Assembly: GCA_044225365.1 (NCBI GenBank)
Contig: JBGAIQ010000019.1
Coordinates: 45,754-109,753, forward strand
Origin: Planctomycetota bacterium
Lineage (GTDB): Bacteria; Planctomycetota; B15-G4; JADJEK01
Length of the DNA stretch: 64,000 bases
Direction of reading: 5' to 3'
The notes below the pieces were generated by a model. It worked only from the letters and a program-made list of their open reading frames with translations. It was not told where the DNA came from and did no database searches. This document shows, piece after piece, positions 19,887 through 30,168 of this stretch (positions within the stretch are counted from its first letter, which is position 1; every line of letters begins with the position of its first letter). Made by a program: the position numbers and the translations under genes.

Positions 19887-21095
19887 TCAATCTTCGAGAG
19901 CGCCAGCCGTCGCCATGACGGCGAGGAGCGCCTCGGCGATCGGCCATGCGACGTCCGGGAATTCGAGGACCAGGAAAGTCTTCGCGAGTACGTAGAGAAC
20001 GAGCGCGGTGATGACGCCGCGCCGCGCGCCCCGCGCGAGGAGCGCGTTGAGCGGTGGATAGGCGACGAGGAGCACGGCGGTATCGAGAACGGGTCGGGCG
20101 GCGCCCGGAGCATCGAACAGGAAAGACGATGCCGCGAGGATCAGTGCGAGCCCGTACGAGATGAGTCGGAAGCGCCGTGCGCGTCGTTTGGCGTCGAACA
20201 GGATCGGCGGCAGCGCCGACGCCGTGACGGCGAACAACACGCATTCGGGGAGCACGCGCGCATCGGAGTAGAAGTCGGAGAGCGCAGGAACGAGCGGCAG
20301 GAGCAGGAACGGCGCGACGGCGAGCGCACGTTCCACGATATGCATGTCGTGAACGGCGGCTTCGTGACCACTCGGGTCTCGTTCGGCTTGAGAAATACCG
20401 AACCCCGGTCGCGCGAGCCGGCTCGCGGCCGCGAGATAGCGCTGGACACCTGCCCCGAGGACGTTGCCCACGATGATCGACGGCACCGCGATCCGGACGA
20501 GTCCGTCGAGATCCGGTCGCGCGATCAGCGTCGTGAGCGCGAAGACGAGCGCACCCCAGGACGGACCGATGCTGGGACGCGCCGTGGGGATTCCGCGATG
20601 CTCGCGAACGATGGGGGATGCGATCGCGTAGGACGCCATCGTGAGTGCGAGGATCTCGATGGCGCGCAGGAAGTCGCCGGAGCGGCTACCCCGAGGATCG
20701 ACGAGAAGGTGTGGTACTGCCCACGCGGCGAGCAGGACGAAGAGCAACGTGAGGCGCAGCTTGACTCGAAGCAGCGCACGGCGAACGTAGTGCTCGGAGA
20801 ATGGCGCTTCCTCGAGACGCCCGCAAACCACCAGATTCGGCGCGGTATCGCAGACGAGGCGGAGCACGAGGAACAGCCCGCCGATCTCCACCATGCGCCG
20901 CGCTTGTTCGGGATGCATTCGAAAAGTGAGCGCGAGTGCGACGCACCAGAGCAAGGGCTCGGCGAGCCGCGCGGCGACCGGGCGTCGAGTGAACGAAGCG
21001 ATGCGATCGAGCACGGCGCGAGCCGAGCTTGACGCATTCGAGCGCTCGCTGCTAGCTTTCGCACGTCCATTCGCTTTCATCGCCCGTTCGTCCAT
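19887..21095 (-). CDS. Hypothetical polytopic membrane protein (start uncertain)
   Basis: Many hydrophobic segments; fills the gap upstream of dnaE. Confidence 0.6.
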   Translation of the reverse strand: MDERAMKANGRAKASSERSNASSSARAVLDRIASFTRRPVAARLAEPLLWCVALALTFRMHPEQARRMVEIGGLFLVLRLVCDTAPNLVVCGRLEEAPFSEHYVRRALLRVKLRLTLLFVLLAAWAVPHLLVDPRGSRSGDFLRAIEILALTMASYAIASPIVREHRGIPTARPSIGPSWGALVFALTTLIARPDLDGLVRIAVPSIIVGNVLGAGVQRYLAAASRLARPGFGISQAERDPSGHEAAVHDMHIVERALAVAPFLLLPLVPALSDFYSDARVLPECVLFAVTASALPPILFDAKRRARRFRLISYGLALILAASSFLFDAPGAARPVLDTAVLLVAYPPLNALLARGARRGVITALVLYVLAKTFLVLEFPDVAWPIAEALLAVMATAGALED

Positions 21096-21113
21096 CTTCG
21101 ATTCCGGTGGTGC

Positions 21114-22025
21114 ATGTTCCTACGCGCCGTTTCCGCTTTCGCCTGCGTCCTCGTGCTGTTCGCTTGTTCGAGCCCAACGGGGTCCTCGAAATCGGCGAAC
21201 GAGTCCGGCGCGAGCGCGGCGGCGGGGCCGAACAAGGCCCAGATGGACGGCTGGTGGAAACTCTATCAGGCGGGCGACCCGAAGTGGCCCGCCGCGCGTC
21301 AACGCTGGTCCGCTTACGGCGGGTCGGCGCGGACCACCTTGATCCTCTCGCTCGTGCGCGAACTCGTCGTCGCCGCGGGAGTGCGCAATCCGGATGGATC
21401 CCTTGCGCACAAGAAACCGCAAGCCGAACTGCTTGCCTTGCCGGCCGACGACGTCATCCCCGTACTGATCGAAACGATCCGGATCGGAAAACATGCGACG
21501 GCGCTCGATGCGCTGTCGACGACGATCGCCGAGACGGGACGCGACGAAGCGGTGATCGCGGCCCTCGAGTCGCCGAAAGAAGGGGATTCGTCGCAATCGG
21601 CGCCGACCTTGCTGAAGACGCTGATTCGAATCGGCGGCGCGCACGCGCTGTCGGCGGTGGAGAAGCAACTCCTGACTGCGAGCGACTGGCAGGTCCGTGC
21701 GGCGGCGGCCGAGGCGTGCCGACTCGCCCACGTCTCGGATCATCCGATCGTGATCAAGACGCTCGCGAAGGGCCTCGACGATGCCGACGGATTCGTCGTG
21801 CGAACGAGCCTGAAATCGCTGTCGTCGATCGGCGATGTCCACGCGACCTCCTACGTCGCTCGCGCCTTCGAGAAGATCGCGGAGGGCAGCGACAAGGAAA
21901 CGAAATCGGAGGCGATTGCCACGTTGCGTTCGCTGAGCGGGCGGATCATCGAGGGGAACGATCCGAAGCGCTGGCAGGAGATCGCGGTCGAGGTCATCCG
22001 CGACGCCGATGCGAAGAAGCCCTGA
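21114..22025 (+). CDS. HEAT-repeat lipoprotein
   Basis: LFAC lipobox; repeats DWQVRAAAAEA and DGFVVRTSLKSL. Confidence 0.8.
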   Translation: MFLRAVSAFACVLVLFACSSPTGSSKSANESGASAAAGPNKAQMDGWWKLYQAGDPKWPAARQRWSAYGGSARTTLILSLVRELVVAAGVRNPDGSLAHKKPQAELLALPADDVIPVLIETIRIGKHATALDALSTTIAETGRDEAVIAALESPKEGDSSQSAPTLLKTLIRIGGAHALSAVEKQLLTASDWQVRAAAAEACRLAHVSDHPIVIKTLAKGLDDADGFVVRTSLKSLSSIGDVHATSYVARAFEKIAEGSDKETKSEAIATLRSLSGRIIEGNDPKRWQEIAVEVIRDADAKKP

Positions 22026-22162
22026 CGCAGGGCGCGAACCCGGGCATCGGCCCTTGATTTCCGATGCGGCGGCCTGTTGCTTGTAGGGGAGTCGTCCTGG
22101 CGGAGGGCGCAATGGAATCCCCCGTTGCGCCTACCTTCGCGGCAAGTCGACCGACGGATGTG

Positions 22163-22720
22163 ATGGAATACAAGATTCGCAAGACGGCCGGGACGTGCGG
22201 CGGGTGCTCCCAGGAGATTCCGCTCGACACCGAGATGGTGTCGACGATCCTCCTCGAGTCGATCGAGCCGTCGCGTCGCGATTTCTGCATTGCGTGTTTC
22301 GAGCGCCTCGATCGCAAGCCCGAGGACGAATTCGCGTATTGGCGAACCAAGCGAACTGGCACGAAGCAGGTCCGGCGCGTCATCGACTTCCCCACATTGC
22401 GCGCGTTGTTCTATCGCATGGCGCAACAGGCCGGCGAGGAATACCGCAAGATCGGCTATCTCGTCGCGCTCCTTCTGTTGCGCAAGAAGTACCTGCGTCT
22501 GCACGAATTCGTGACCGAGGGCGGCAAGGACTACGTGGTCGTGAGCTCGAAGGAGAAGCCGGACGCGCTCAAGATCGAGGCGCCCTCGCTACGGGCGGAA
22601 GAGTTCGCCGAGATCCGCGAGAAGCTGAGTTGCCTCCTCGATGTCGACATCGAGGCCGACGGTGGACTCGAGGCGCCGACGAGCGATGTCGAGTCGAGCG
22701 CCGTGACCGACGCCGGCTGA
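22163..22720 (+). CDS. Hypothetical protein with putative Zn finger
   Basis: CGGC...CIAC; LLLLRKKYL motif. Confidence 0.7.
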   Translation: MEYKIRKTAGTCGGCSQEIPLDTEMVSTILLESIEPSRRDFCIACFERLDRKPEDEFAYWRTKRTGTKQVRRVIDFPTLRALFYRMAQQAGEEYRKIGYLVALLLLRKKYLRLHEFVTEGGKDYVVVSSKEKPDALKIEAPSLRAEEFAEIREKLSCLLDVDIEADGGLEAPTSDVESSAVTDAG

Positions 22721-22981
22721 GGCGCGGCGAGCGACCGTGTTTCGTGAATGCGATCGAAAAGCTCAAAAAAAATCTTCGATTCGGCTTGGGTTCGACGGGC
22801 GCGGCAAATTGCCTCACGATTGAGTGTGGAAGAATGGTTGAGAACTCGCGCGGAATACGGGAATCGGTGGTGGAGAGTCAACCGCGACCGAACGCCATAA
22901 GATGCTATTAGTAACTGGCTTGTAAGAAGAGCAGGGCAAGCGGTGAAGACGCCCGAGGCGCCGTCGTCGGCACGTTTTCGG

Positions 22982-23196
22982 GTGGTGGAAAGTGGGTGAG
23001 TCGCTGATCCGTAGAAGTCTTGCTACCTGGCGAAAAGGGCATCTTCGGCACCCTGGCAATGCATCTCGAAATCAACAGAACAACATATTTTAAAGCGACT
23101 AAAGATCGATAACGCTTTCTGACGAGTCCGTGATCAAGGGCTCTTGTGCGAAAAGTCGAGTGGAGGTACAACCCTCCTCGGTGGCGCAAAGTGGAG
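22982..23196 (+). promoter_or_regulatory. Putative MraZ-binding GTGG boxes in the dcw promoter/leader
   Basis: GTGG pairs spaced 10 bp apart at 22982/22992 and 23181/23191, plus GTGGAG at 23160, upstream of mraZ. Confidence 0.55.
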
Positions 23197-23207
23197 GCGA
23201 GCGCTCT

Positions 23208-23651
23208 TTGGACTTCTACGGTACGAACGATCACTCGGTGGATGCGAAGGGTCGCGCCTTCGTGCCGAGCAAGTTCCTCGAATCGATGGAGGGTTCGGAG
23301 CCTCGTTGGCTGTACGTGACGCGCGGACTCGACGGCTGCCTCGCGCTCTATCCCGATAGCACTTGGAAGGACAAGCTCGCCAAGATCGCGGCGAAGCCCG
23401 ACGGCGATCCGGACAAGCGGGCTTACATGCGAATCTTCGCGGGTCAGGCGAAGAAGCAGGAAATCGATGGCTCCGGCCGAATCCTCATCCCCGAGGAATT
23501 GCGCAAGCTCGCGGGCCTCACCGAGAAGGTCGTGTTCGTCGGCCAGGGCATCTTCATCGAGCTGTGGGACAAGGGTCGCTGGGATGCGAAGTACGGCGGC
23601 ATCTCCGACGCCGATCTCGAGGCGATGGCGGCGAGGTTGCTCGGCCAATGA
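23208..23651 (+). CDS. mraZ: Division/cell wall cluster regulator MraZ
   Basis: DAKGR and DGSGR motifs, IELWD; TTG start after GGAGG. Confidence 0.92.
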   Translation: MDFYGTNDHSVDAKGRAFVPSKFLESMEGSEPRWLYVTRGLDGCLALYPDSTWKDKLAKIAAKPDGDPDKRAYMRIFAGQAKKQEIDGSGRILIPEELRKLAGLTEKVVFVGQGIFIELWDKGRWDAKYGGISDADLEAMAARLLGQ

Positions 23652-23782
23652 ACCGCGCACACAACGATCCCGCTCGCACGACCTACGCGCTGTTCCGCGC
23701 CCGACGGGTTCGCGCGCCGCGTCGCCGCGACTCGTTCGCGATGACGATCGTCCTGCGACCGCGGGGTGGGCGAAGTGAAGCG

Positions 23783-24787
23783 ATGGGTTCCATGAACGAT
23801 CCGCACGCGAGGGTCCACGAGTCGGTGCAGGCCGACGCCGTCCTGCAGTACCTCGCTCCGCGGGATGGCGATCTCATCCTCGACGGAACGCTCGGTGCCG
23901 GTGGACATGCTCTTCGCGTCCTACAGGCGACGGCGACGGGACGCGTGATCGGGCTCGATCGCGACCCCGAGATCCTCGCGATCGCGAAGCAGCGTCTGGA
24001 GGGATTTGCGGCGCGTGCGCGGTTCGAACTCGCGAGCTTCGAACGGTTCGACGAATTCCTGGGCGATGCGCCGCTTGCCGGGGCGTTGCTCGATCTTGGA
24101 GTCTCGTCGCTGCAGATCGATCGTGCAGCGCGCGGCTTCTCGTATCGCGAGGATGGACCGCTCGACATGCGGATGGACGCCTCGGGGACGAGCGCGGGCA
24201 AGAACGTCCCGCGTCATCTGCGAAGCGCCGCCGACCTGCTGAACAAGGCGCCCGCCGACGAGCTCTATCACGTGCTGCGCGACCTCGGCGACGAACCGGC
24301 AGCGAAGCGAATCGTCGCAGGAATCGTGGAAGCGCGCGGCCGGGCTCCCCTGCGCCGCACCTGCGAGTTGCGCGACGTGGTCGCGAAGGCGCTCCGTCGC
24401 CCCTCCGAGGACTCGCTCACGAAGAGTCTGTCGCGCGTGTTCATGGGTATCCGAATGGCGGTGAACGACGAACTCGGCGTGCTCGAGCGGACGCTGCCAC
24501 GCCTCATCGCGCGGCTCGCCGCGGGGGGTCGGCTCGTCGTCCTTTCGTTCCACGGCGGAGAGGATCGCGTCGTGAAGCGCGCGTTCCTGGACGCGGCCGG
24601 CGCCGGGCTCGCCCGTGTGCTGACCGATCGTCCGCTCGAACCGACGGCCTTCGAAGTGGCGAAGAACCCCCGTGCGCGCAGTTCGAAGCTGCGAGCGCTG
24701 GAGCGAGTCGCCACCGACCGCTCGACCGCGACGAATTCCCTGGTCCAACGCCCGACTCCCTCGAATCCGAATCCACGCAAGGACTGA
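23783..24787 (+). CDS. rsmH: 16S rRNA m4C1402 methyltransferase
   Basis: DGTLGAGGH, DLGVSS, SFHGGEDR and NPRARSSKLR motifs. Confidence 0.95.
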   Translation: MGSMNDPHARVHESVQADAVLQYLAPRDGDLILDGTLGAGGHALRVLQATATGRVIGLDRDPEILAIAKQRLEGFAARARFELASFERFDEFLGDAPLAGALLDLGVSSLQIDRAARGFSYREDGPLDMRMDASGTSAGKNVPRHLRSAADLLNKAPADELYHVLRDLGDEPAAKRIVAGIVEARGRAPLRRTCELRDVVAKALRRPSEDSLTKSLSRVFMGIRMAVNDELGVLERTLPRLIARLAAGGRLVVLSFHGGEDRVVKRAFLDAAGAGLARVLTDRPLEPTAFEVAKNPRARSSKLRALERVATDRSTATNSLVQRPTPSNPNPRKD

Positions 24788-24790
24788 GCG

Positions 24791-25129
24791 ATGCGACACG
24801 AAGCCGCCTGCATCGGAATCCTCGGACTCACGAGTCTCCTCATCTACACGGTGCAGCTCAACATCGAGTCGCGCCAGATGGGGTATCGGATCGGGAGCAA
24901 CATCACCGAATCCGACAATCTGCGCCAGCTCATCCTCTCGCGCCGCGAGAGCTGTCGGCAGATGCTCGAGATGAAGGACGTTCAGAACTACGTGAAGCAG
25001 CTCGGGCTCACGGTGGATGAGCTCTTGCCCCCGGTCCTGCCCGAGGAGAACTACGACAAGGTCGTCGCCTACGGCGGCCCCGTTCGCGATCGCCATGCCC
25101 TCGACGCCATCTCGGCGAGGAGCAACTGA
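24791..25129 (+). CDS. Small bitopic protein, FtsL-like by position
   Basis: One N-terminal TM plus coiled-coil-like segment, between rsmH and the PBP gene. Confidence 0.6.
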   Translation: MRHEAACIGILGLTSLLIYTVQLNIESRQMGYRIGSNITESDNLRQLILSRRESCRQMLEMKDVQNYVKQLGLTVDELLPPVLPEENYDKVVAYGGPVRDRHALDAISARSN

Positions 25130-25132
25130 GTC

Positions 25133-26935
25133 ATGGTCACGTTCGCAAGCGGAATGGGAGCGGTCGACACGTCGAGAGGTCGCTTCACCTTCATGATGGG
25201 GATGTTGCTGTTCAGCTTCGTCGCCATCGAGGCGCGACTGTTCTTCTTACAGGTACGGACGCATCCTGATCGTCTCGCGGAGGCCACGGAGCGCTACTTC
25301 AAGGACGATGAGATCCTGGCCGCGCGTGGCTCGATCCTGCTGCGCAACGACTTCCCCGTCGCCGAATCGGTTCCTGCAGTACGCATCTGGGCGGACTCGA
25401 ACTGGACCTCCCATCAAAAGGATCCCGCGAAGACGCAGCAACTGCGCGATGCGATCGCCTCCGAGATCGAAGAGGCCCTCGGGCGGCGGATCGACAATCT
25501 GCGTGCCGAACTCGACAAGCCGGGATACCGCCTGATCGCGACCGAAGCGCTCGCGAACGGGAAACCGGTCAAGGTCGTTTCCGACGGCGAGTCGATCAAG
25601 TCGCTCCTCGAGAAGAAGAAGAACGGCAAGCTCCCGGGAATCGTCATCGAGCGCACCTGGGTTCGCTCGTATCCGCACGACAGCGTCGCGGCGAACGTGC
25701 TCGGCTACGTCGACACCGAGGGCCGCGGGCAGGCGGGCACGGAACTCGCATTCAACTCCGACCTGAACGGCAGCAACGGTCGTCGCACGCTCGCGCGCGA
25801 CGGCGCGGGTCGACCGATCTTCGACGTGGGTTGCGAGTCCGTAGCGGCGAAGCCAGGGGCCGATGTCCATCTCACGCTCGACGTCGTCCTCCAGTACTAC
25901 CTCGAGGAAGCGCTCGCGAAGATCGTGAAGGATCACAAGCCCAAGTGGGTCTCTGGCATCGTGCTCGATCCGAAGACGGGCGAGATCCTTGCGATGGCGA
26001 ATCTGCCCACTTTCGATCCGAACCACTATTCCAACTACGATCCCGAGAACTATAACAATCGTGCGATCGACTGCACGTACACACCGGGCTCGTCCTTCAA
26101 GCCGTTCATGATGTCCGCGGTAATGGAGTGGAGTCCGTTCTCGCTCTCCCAGTCCATCGACTGTTCGTCGTACGTCGTCGACGGCCGTTCGATCCACGAC
26201 GCCCATCGCCACGCGAAGCTCACGCCGCCGGAGATCATGGCGGAGTCGTCGAACATCGGCATGTGTCGACTCGTCATGCGACTCTGCCCGGAGTCGATGA
26301 CGTCGCACGACAAACAACTCGCGGTGTTCTCGCGGGTGAGGAACTTGCTCACGGATCTGGGATTCGGCTCGCGTCTCGAAATCGGTCTGCCTGCGGAGTC
26401 GAACGGTCGCCTCGCGGGCGTCGCGCAGTGGAGTCGGCGATACACGCTGGCTTCGCTCGCATTCGGTCACGAGATCGCGGTGACTCCGCTCCAGCTCGCC
26501 GGCGCCTTCTCCGTGTTCGCGAACGAGGGCGTGTACGTGAAGCCCTACATCGTCGATCAGGTGATCGGGCCAGACGGAACCGTGCTGCGCCGCAACGTTC
26601 CAGAGAGCCGAAGGATCTACACGAAGGCTACCGTGAAGAAGGTGCTCGAGATGCTCGTCGGCGTCGTCGACGAGGGCACGGGCAAGAGCGCGCAGATCGA
26701 TGGCTACAAGGTCGCCGGCAAGACTTCCACGGCGCAGTGGGAGAACGACGGCAGCAAGTACACGTCGAGCTTCGCGGGTTTCGCGCCTGCATACGATCCG
26801 CGGTTGCTCGTCTCGATCGTCGTCGATCAACCCACGAAGGGCGGCCATTACGGCGGCACGGTCGCTGCGCCCGCGGCGGCCGACGTGCTCGCGCGTGGAC
26901 TCCAATATCTCCGCGTTCCCCAGGATCCGGAGTGA
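25133..26935 (+). CDS. ftsI: Class B penicillin-binding protein (FtsI/PBP3-like)
   Basis: RGSI, RSYP, SSFK (SxxK), SSN; KTS in place of KTG; dcw position. Confidence 0.85.
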   Translation: MVTFASGMGAVDTSRGRFTFMMGMLLFSFVAIEARLFFLQVRTHPDRLAEATERYFKDDEILAARGSILLRNDFPVAESVPAVRIWADSNWTSHQKDPAKTQQLRDAIASEIEEALGRRIDNLRAELDKPGYRLIATEALANGKPVKVVSDGESIKSLLEKKKNGKLPGIVIERTWVRSYPHDSVAANVLGYVDTEGRGQAGTELAFNSDLNGSNGRRTLARDGAGRPIFDVGCESVAAKPGADVHLTLDVVLQYYLEEALAKIVKDHKPKWVSGIVLDPKTGEILAMANLPTFDPNHYSNYDPENYNNRAIDCTYTPGSSFKPFMMSAVMEWSPFSLSQSIDCSSYVVDGRSIHDAHRHAKLTPPEIMAESSNIGMCRLVMRLCPESMTSHDKQLAVFSRVRNLLTDLGFGSRLEIGLPAESNGRLAGVAQWSRRYTLASLAFGHEIAVTPLQLAGAFSVFANEGVYVKPYIVDQVIGPDGTVLRRNVPESRRIYTKATVKKVLEMLVGVVDEGTGKSAQIDGYKVAGKTSTAQWENDGSKYTSSFAGFAPAYDPRLLVSIVVDQPTKGGHYGGTVAAPAAADVLARGLQYLRVPQDPE

Positions 26936-26953
26936 GGAAGGCGTGAGGACACC

Positions 26954-28480
26954 ATGTCGGTGATCACCATGAATGCAGCACTTCGCGATCCTCGGCTAGG
27001 ACGCTCCTTCGGAGATCCGAACCGGCGTCGCACGCTCGCCGATCTCATCGACTCGATCGACGTCATCTCGATCGCGGGGAATCCAAAGGTTGCGGTGACC
27101 GATCTGTGTTCCGACTCGCGGAACGTCACGCCGGGCGCCGTGTTCTTCGCGATCGCAGGCGAGAAGGAGAACGGCGCGGCCTATGTCGATCAAGCGATCG
27201 CGCGCGGCGCCGTCGCGATCGTGACGGAGCAGGATTCGCTGCTGCCGGAAGAAGTCACCGTCGTTCGCGTTTCCAACTGTCGCGCCGCGAAGTCACGGAT
27301 CGCCGCGGAGTTCTTCGGCAATCCGAGTCACGAGATGCCGACCGTCGGAGTCACCGGGACGAACGGCAAGACGACGACGACGAAGATGCTCCAGTCGATC
27401 TCGGACTACGATCGGGGTCCGACCGTGTTCCTCGGAACGACCGGCTACGAGATCGCGGGCGAGCACCAGGACGCGCCGAACACGACTCCCGATCCGATCG
27501 TGGTGCATCGCATCCTTCGCCAGGGTGTCGATCGCGGCTGTCGCCTCGCGGCGATGGAGGTCTCCTCGCACGCGCTCGAGCAGGGCCGCGTGTCCGACGT
27601 GCGCTACCAGGTGGGGGTCTTCACGAACCTCACGCCCGAACATCTCGACTATCACGGCGATCTCTCGACCTACCGCGATGCGAAGGCGAAGCTCTTCGAG
27701 CAGCTCGCGCCGGGTGCCGTCGCCGTGCTGAACGCCGACGACAAGGCGAGTGCGACGTTCCAGTCGCGGACTCAGGCTCGGGTGCTCACCTACGGGCTCG
27801 AGCATCGCGCCGATGTGACCGCACTCGTGCGTCGGATCGATATCGATGGACTCTGGTTCACATTGAAGACGCCGCTCGGTTCCGTCGACGTCGTGACGCG
27901 TCTCGTCGGGCGCTACAACCTCATGAACGCGCTCGCCGCATCCGCGGCCGCGCTGAGTCTCGGTTACCCGCTGGAGTCGATCCGCGGCGGTTTCGAGATG
28001 CTCCGCGGCGTGCCCGGCCGGCTCGAATCGGTCGACTGCGGCCAGGACTTCCGAGTCCTCGTCGACTTCGCGCACACCGATGACGCAATGCAGAAAGTCC
28101 TCCTCAATCTGCGACCTCTCACTCACGGGCGGATCATCACGGTGTTCGGTTGCGGCGGAGACCGCGATCGCACGAAGCGTCCGCGCATGGGGAAAGTCGC
28201 GGCAGAGCTGTCCGACCGCGTCCTCGTCACCTCGGACAATCCTCGCAGCGAGGATCCCGGCGCGATCGTCGCCGAGATCGTGGGCGGCATCGAGGATCGA
28301 AACAACGTCGAGATCGAGGTCGATCGCCGCGCGGCGATCACGAAGGCCATCGGCTACGCTCGCGGGGGCGACATCGTCCTGATCGCCGGCAAGGGCCACG
28401 AGGACTATCAGATCCTCGGCGACCGCAAGGTTCATTTCGACGATCGCGAGATCGCGCGGGAGGCACTGTGGAGCCTCTGA
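26954..28480 (+). CDS. murE: UDP-MurNAc-dipeptide--meso-DAP ligase
   Basis: TGTNGKTT, DNPR and GKGHEDYQ motifs. Confidence 0.97.
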   Translation: MSVITMNAALRDPRLGRSFGDPNRRRTLADLIDSIDVISIAGNPKVAVTDLCSDSRNVTPGAVFFAIAGEKENGAAYVDQAIARGAVAIVTEQDSLLPEEVTVVRVSNCRAAKSRIAAEFFGNPSHEMPTVGVTGTNGKTTTTKMLQSISDYDRGPTVFLGTTGYEIAGEHQDAPNTTPDPIVVHRILRQGVDRGCRLAAMEVSSHALEQGRVSDVRYQVGVFTNLTPEHLDYHGDLSTYRDAKAKLFEQLAPGAVAVLNADDKASATFQSRTQARVLTYGLEHRADVTALVRRIDIDGLWFTLKTPLGSVDVVTRLVGRYNLMNALAASAAALSLGYPLESIRGGFEMLRGVPGRLESVDCGQDFRVLVDFAHTDDAMQKVLLNLRPLTHGRIITVFGCGGDRDRTKRPRMGKVAAELSDRVLVTSDNPRSEDPGAIVAEIVGGIEDRNNVEIEVDRRAAITKAIGYARGGDIVLIAGKGHEDYQILGDRKVHFDDREIAREALWSL

Positions 28481-29868
28481 AACTCGATGACGTCCTCGGC
28501 GCGACCGGCGCGGCCCCGATCGGCGAATTGCCGAGTTCCATCACCGGCGTGTCGACCGACACTCGGGCGATCGAACGCGGAGCGTTGTTCGTTGCCCTGA
28601 AGGGTGAGCGCTTCGACGCTCACGACTTCCTCCAGGAGGCCAAGGACCGCGGCGCGTCCTGCGCGCTCGTGGAGCGCGAGGTGCCCAATTCGCCGCTGCC
28701 ACTGCTGCGGGTCGCGGACAGCATGCGAGCGCTACTCGCGCTCGGCGGACTGCATCGCTCGCGCCTGCGCGCGAAGGTCGTCGCGATCACCGGCTCGAAC
28801 GGCAAGACGACGACGAAGGACCTCACGGCGCGAACGGTTTCCCCGCGCTACCGCGTGGTGCGTTCGCCGTCGTCGTTCAACAACTTCATCGGTGTCCCGC
28901 TCACGCTCTTCTCGGCCGACGAGACGACGGACGTCGTCGTGCTCGAGGTCGGAACCAATGCGCCGGGCGAGATCGCCGCGATCGGACGCGTCGCACGGCC
29001 CGACGTCGCGATCATCACGACGATCGCTCCCGCACATCTCGAGGGCCTCGGATCGCTCGAAGGTGTTCTCGCCGAGAAGAGTTCGCTGCTCGATCATCTG
29101 CGTCCGACCGGTTTCGCCGTACTGAACGCGGACGAGGAGCACTCGATCGAGCCGCTGAGAGCGCGCGCGAAGAACCGCGTCGTCACCGTGGGAGTGCGCA
29201 AGCGAGCGGACTACGTGGCCACGATGCCGGCCTGCGACGTCGATCGCATCGCCTACCACCTGAATGGTCGCGACAAGGTGCGCGTCCCGTTGCTCGGCTG
29301 CCACAACCTCTACAACTCGCTGTTCGCGCTCGCCGTCGCCGTCGAACTCGGCGTCTCGGTCGAGGCGGCCTGCGCCGCGCTGCGGGATTTCGAAGGCCCG
29401 CCGATGCGCCTCAAGAAGCAGCGGCTCGGATCCTGGCTCGTCATCGACGACGCCTACAACGCGAACCCCGGATCGATGAAGGCGGCGATCAAGACGCTCG
29501 CGACCTTGCCGGTCGAGGGCCGCCGCGTGATCGTTCTCGGCGACATGCTCGAACTCGGAGCGGCGAGTGAAGAGATGCATCGCGACGTCGGTCGCCAGCT
29601 CTCGTGCGCGCCCTTCGATCTCGTCGTCGCGGTCGGCGCCGGCGCCAAGGCGATCCTCGATGGTGCGCGCGAGCGCGGAGTCGAGTCCGCGCGCATGCGC
29701 GCGTATCGCGACAGCGCCGATTGTGCTCGTGAATTGCCGCGCTTGCTCCTTCCTGGCGACACGATCCTCGTCAAGGGATCGCGCCGGATCGGGCTCGAGC
29801 GCGTGGTCAAGACAATGGCGGATGTCGCAGCGTCAGTCGGCGCTGCGACGTTTGCCGACGGTACGTGA
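28468..29868 (+). CDS. murF: UDP-MurNAc-tripeptide--D-Ala-D-Ala ligase
   Basis: TGSNGKTTTK, DAYNANP, GDMLELG and VKGSR motifs; GTG start at 28468. Confidence 0.96.
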   Translation: MEPLKLDDVLGATGAAPIGELPSSITGVSTDTRAIERGALFVALKGERFDAHDFLQEAKDRGASCALVEREVPNSPLPLLRVADSMRALLALGGLHRSRLRAKVVAITGSNGKTTTKDLTARTVSPRYRVVRSPSSFNNFIGVPLTLFSADETTDVVVLEVGTNAPGEIAAIGRVARPDVAIITTIAPAHLEGLGSLEGVLAEKSSLLDHLRPTGFAVLNADEEHSIEPLRARAKNRVVTVGVRKRADYVATMPACDVDRIAYHLNGRDKVRVPLLGCHNLYNSLFALAVAVELGVSVEAACAALRDFEGPPMRLKKQRLGSWLVIDDAYNANPGSMKAAIKTLATLPVEGRRVIVLGDMLELGAASEEMHRDVGRQLSCAPFDLVVAVGAGAKAILDGARERGVESARMRAYRDSADCARELPRLLLPGDTILVKGSRRIGLERVVKTMADVAASVGAATFADGT

Positions 29869-29870
29869 AA

Positions 29871-30019
29871 TTCAGTCCTCGGTGTGAAGCGTCGACCAGG
29901 TGCAGCGGATCGAGAATCCAGCGTTCAGGTGTGTCCGGGTGTTCCGGATGCCAGAGGGAAACGAAAGCGGTATCGGCCGGTCCGTCGCTCCCTAGTCCTG
30001 CTTCGCCACCGAGACTGAA
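29871..30019 (-). ncRNA. Rod-shaped structured RNA, 6S RNA-like candidate (strand tentative)
   Basis: Termini pair (TTCAGTCCTCGGTG / CACCGAGACTGAA); inner helices GAAGC/GCTTC and GCGGATCG/CGGTCCGT; apical TCCGG..CCGGA. Confidence 0.5.
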
Positions 30020-30168
30020 CACTTGCCGCGACCGGCTCGTCCCCCCTTCATGGCGGTTGGGGGCGGCGAGCCGGTCGCCCCCTTTCGATTCGATCGACGA
30101 TCCATGAACGCTTGGCGGTGTTCTTCCTCGTCGATCTCATGGCGACTCCGTGAAGGAATGACCAAGGC

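Noticed and set aside
22721-23207. ncRNA or small ORF in the long, more AT-rich gap
   Set aside because: No convincing fold or coding signal; consistent with the dcw promoter region.
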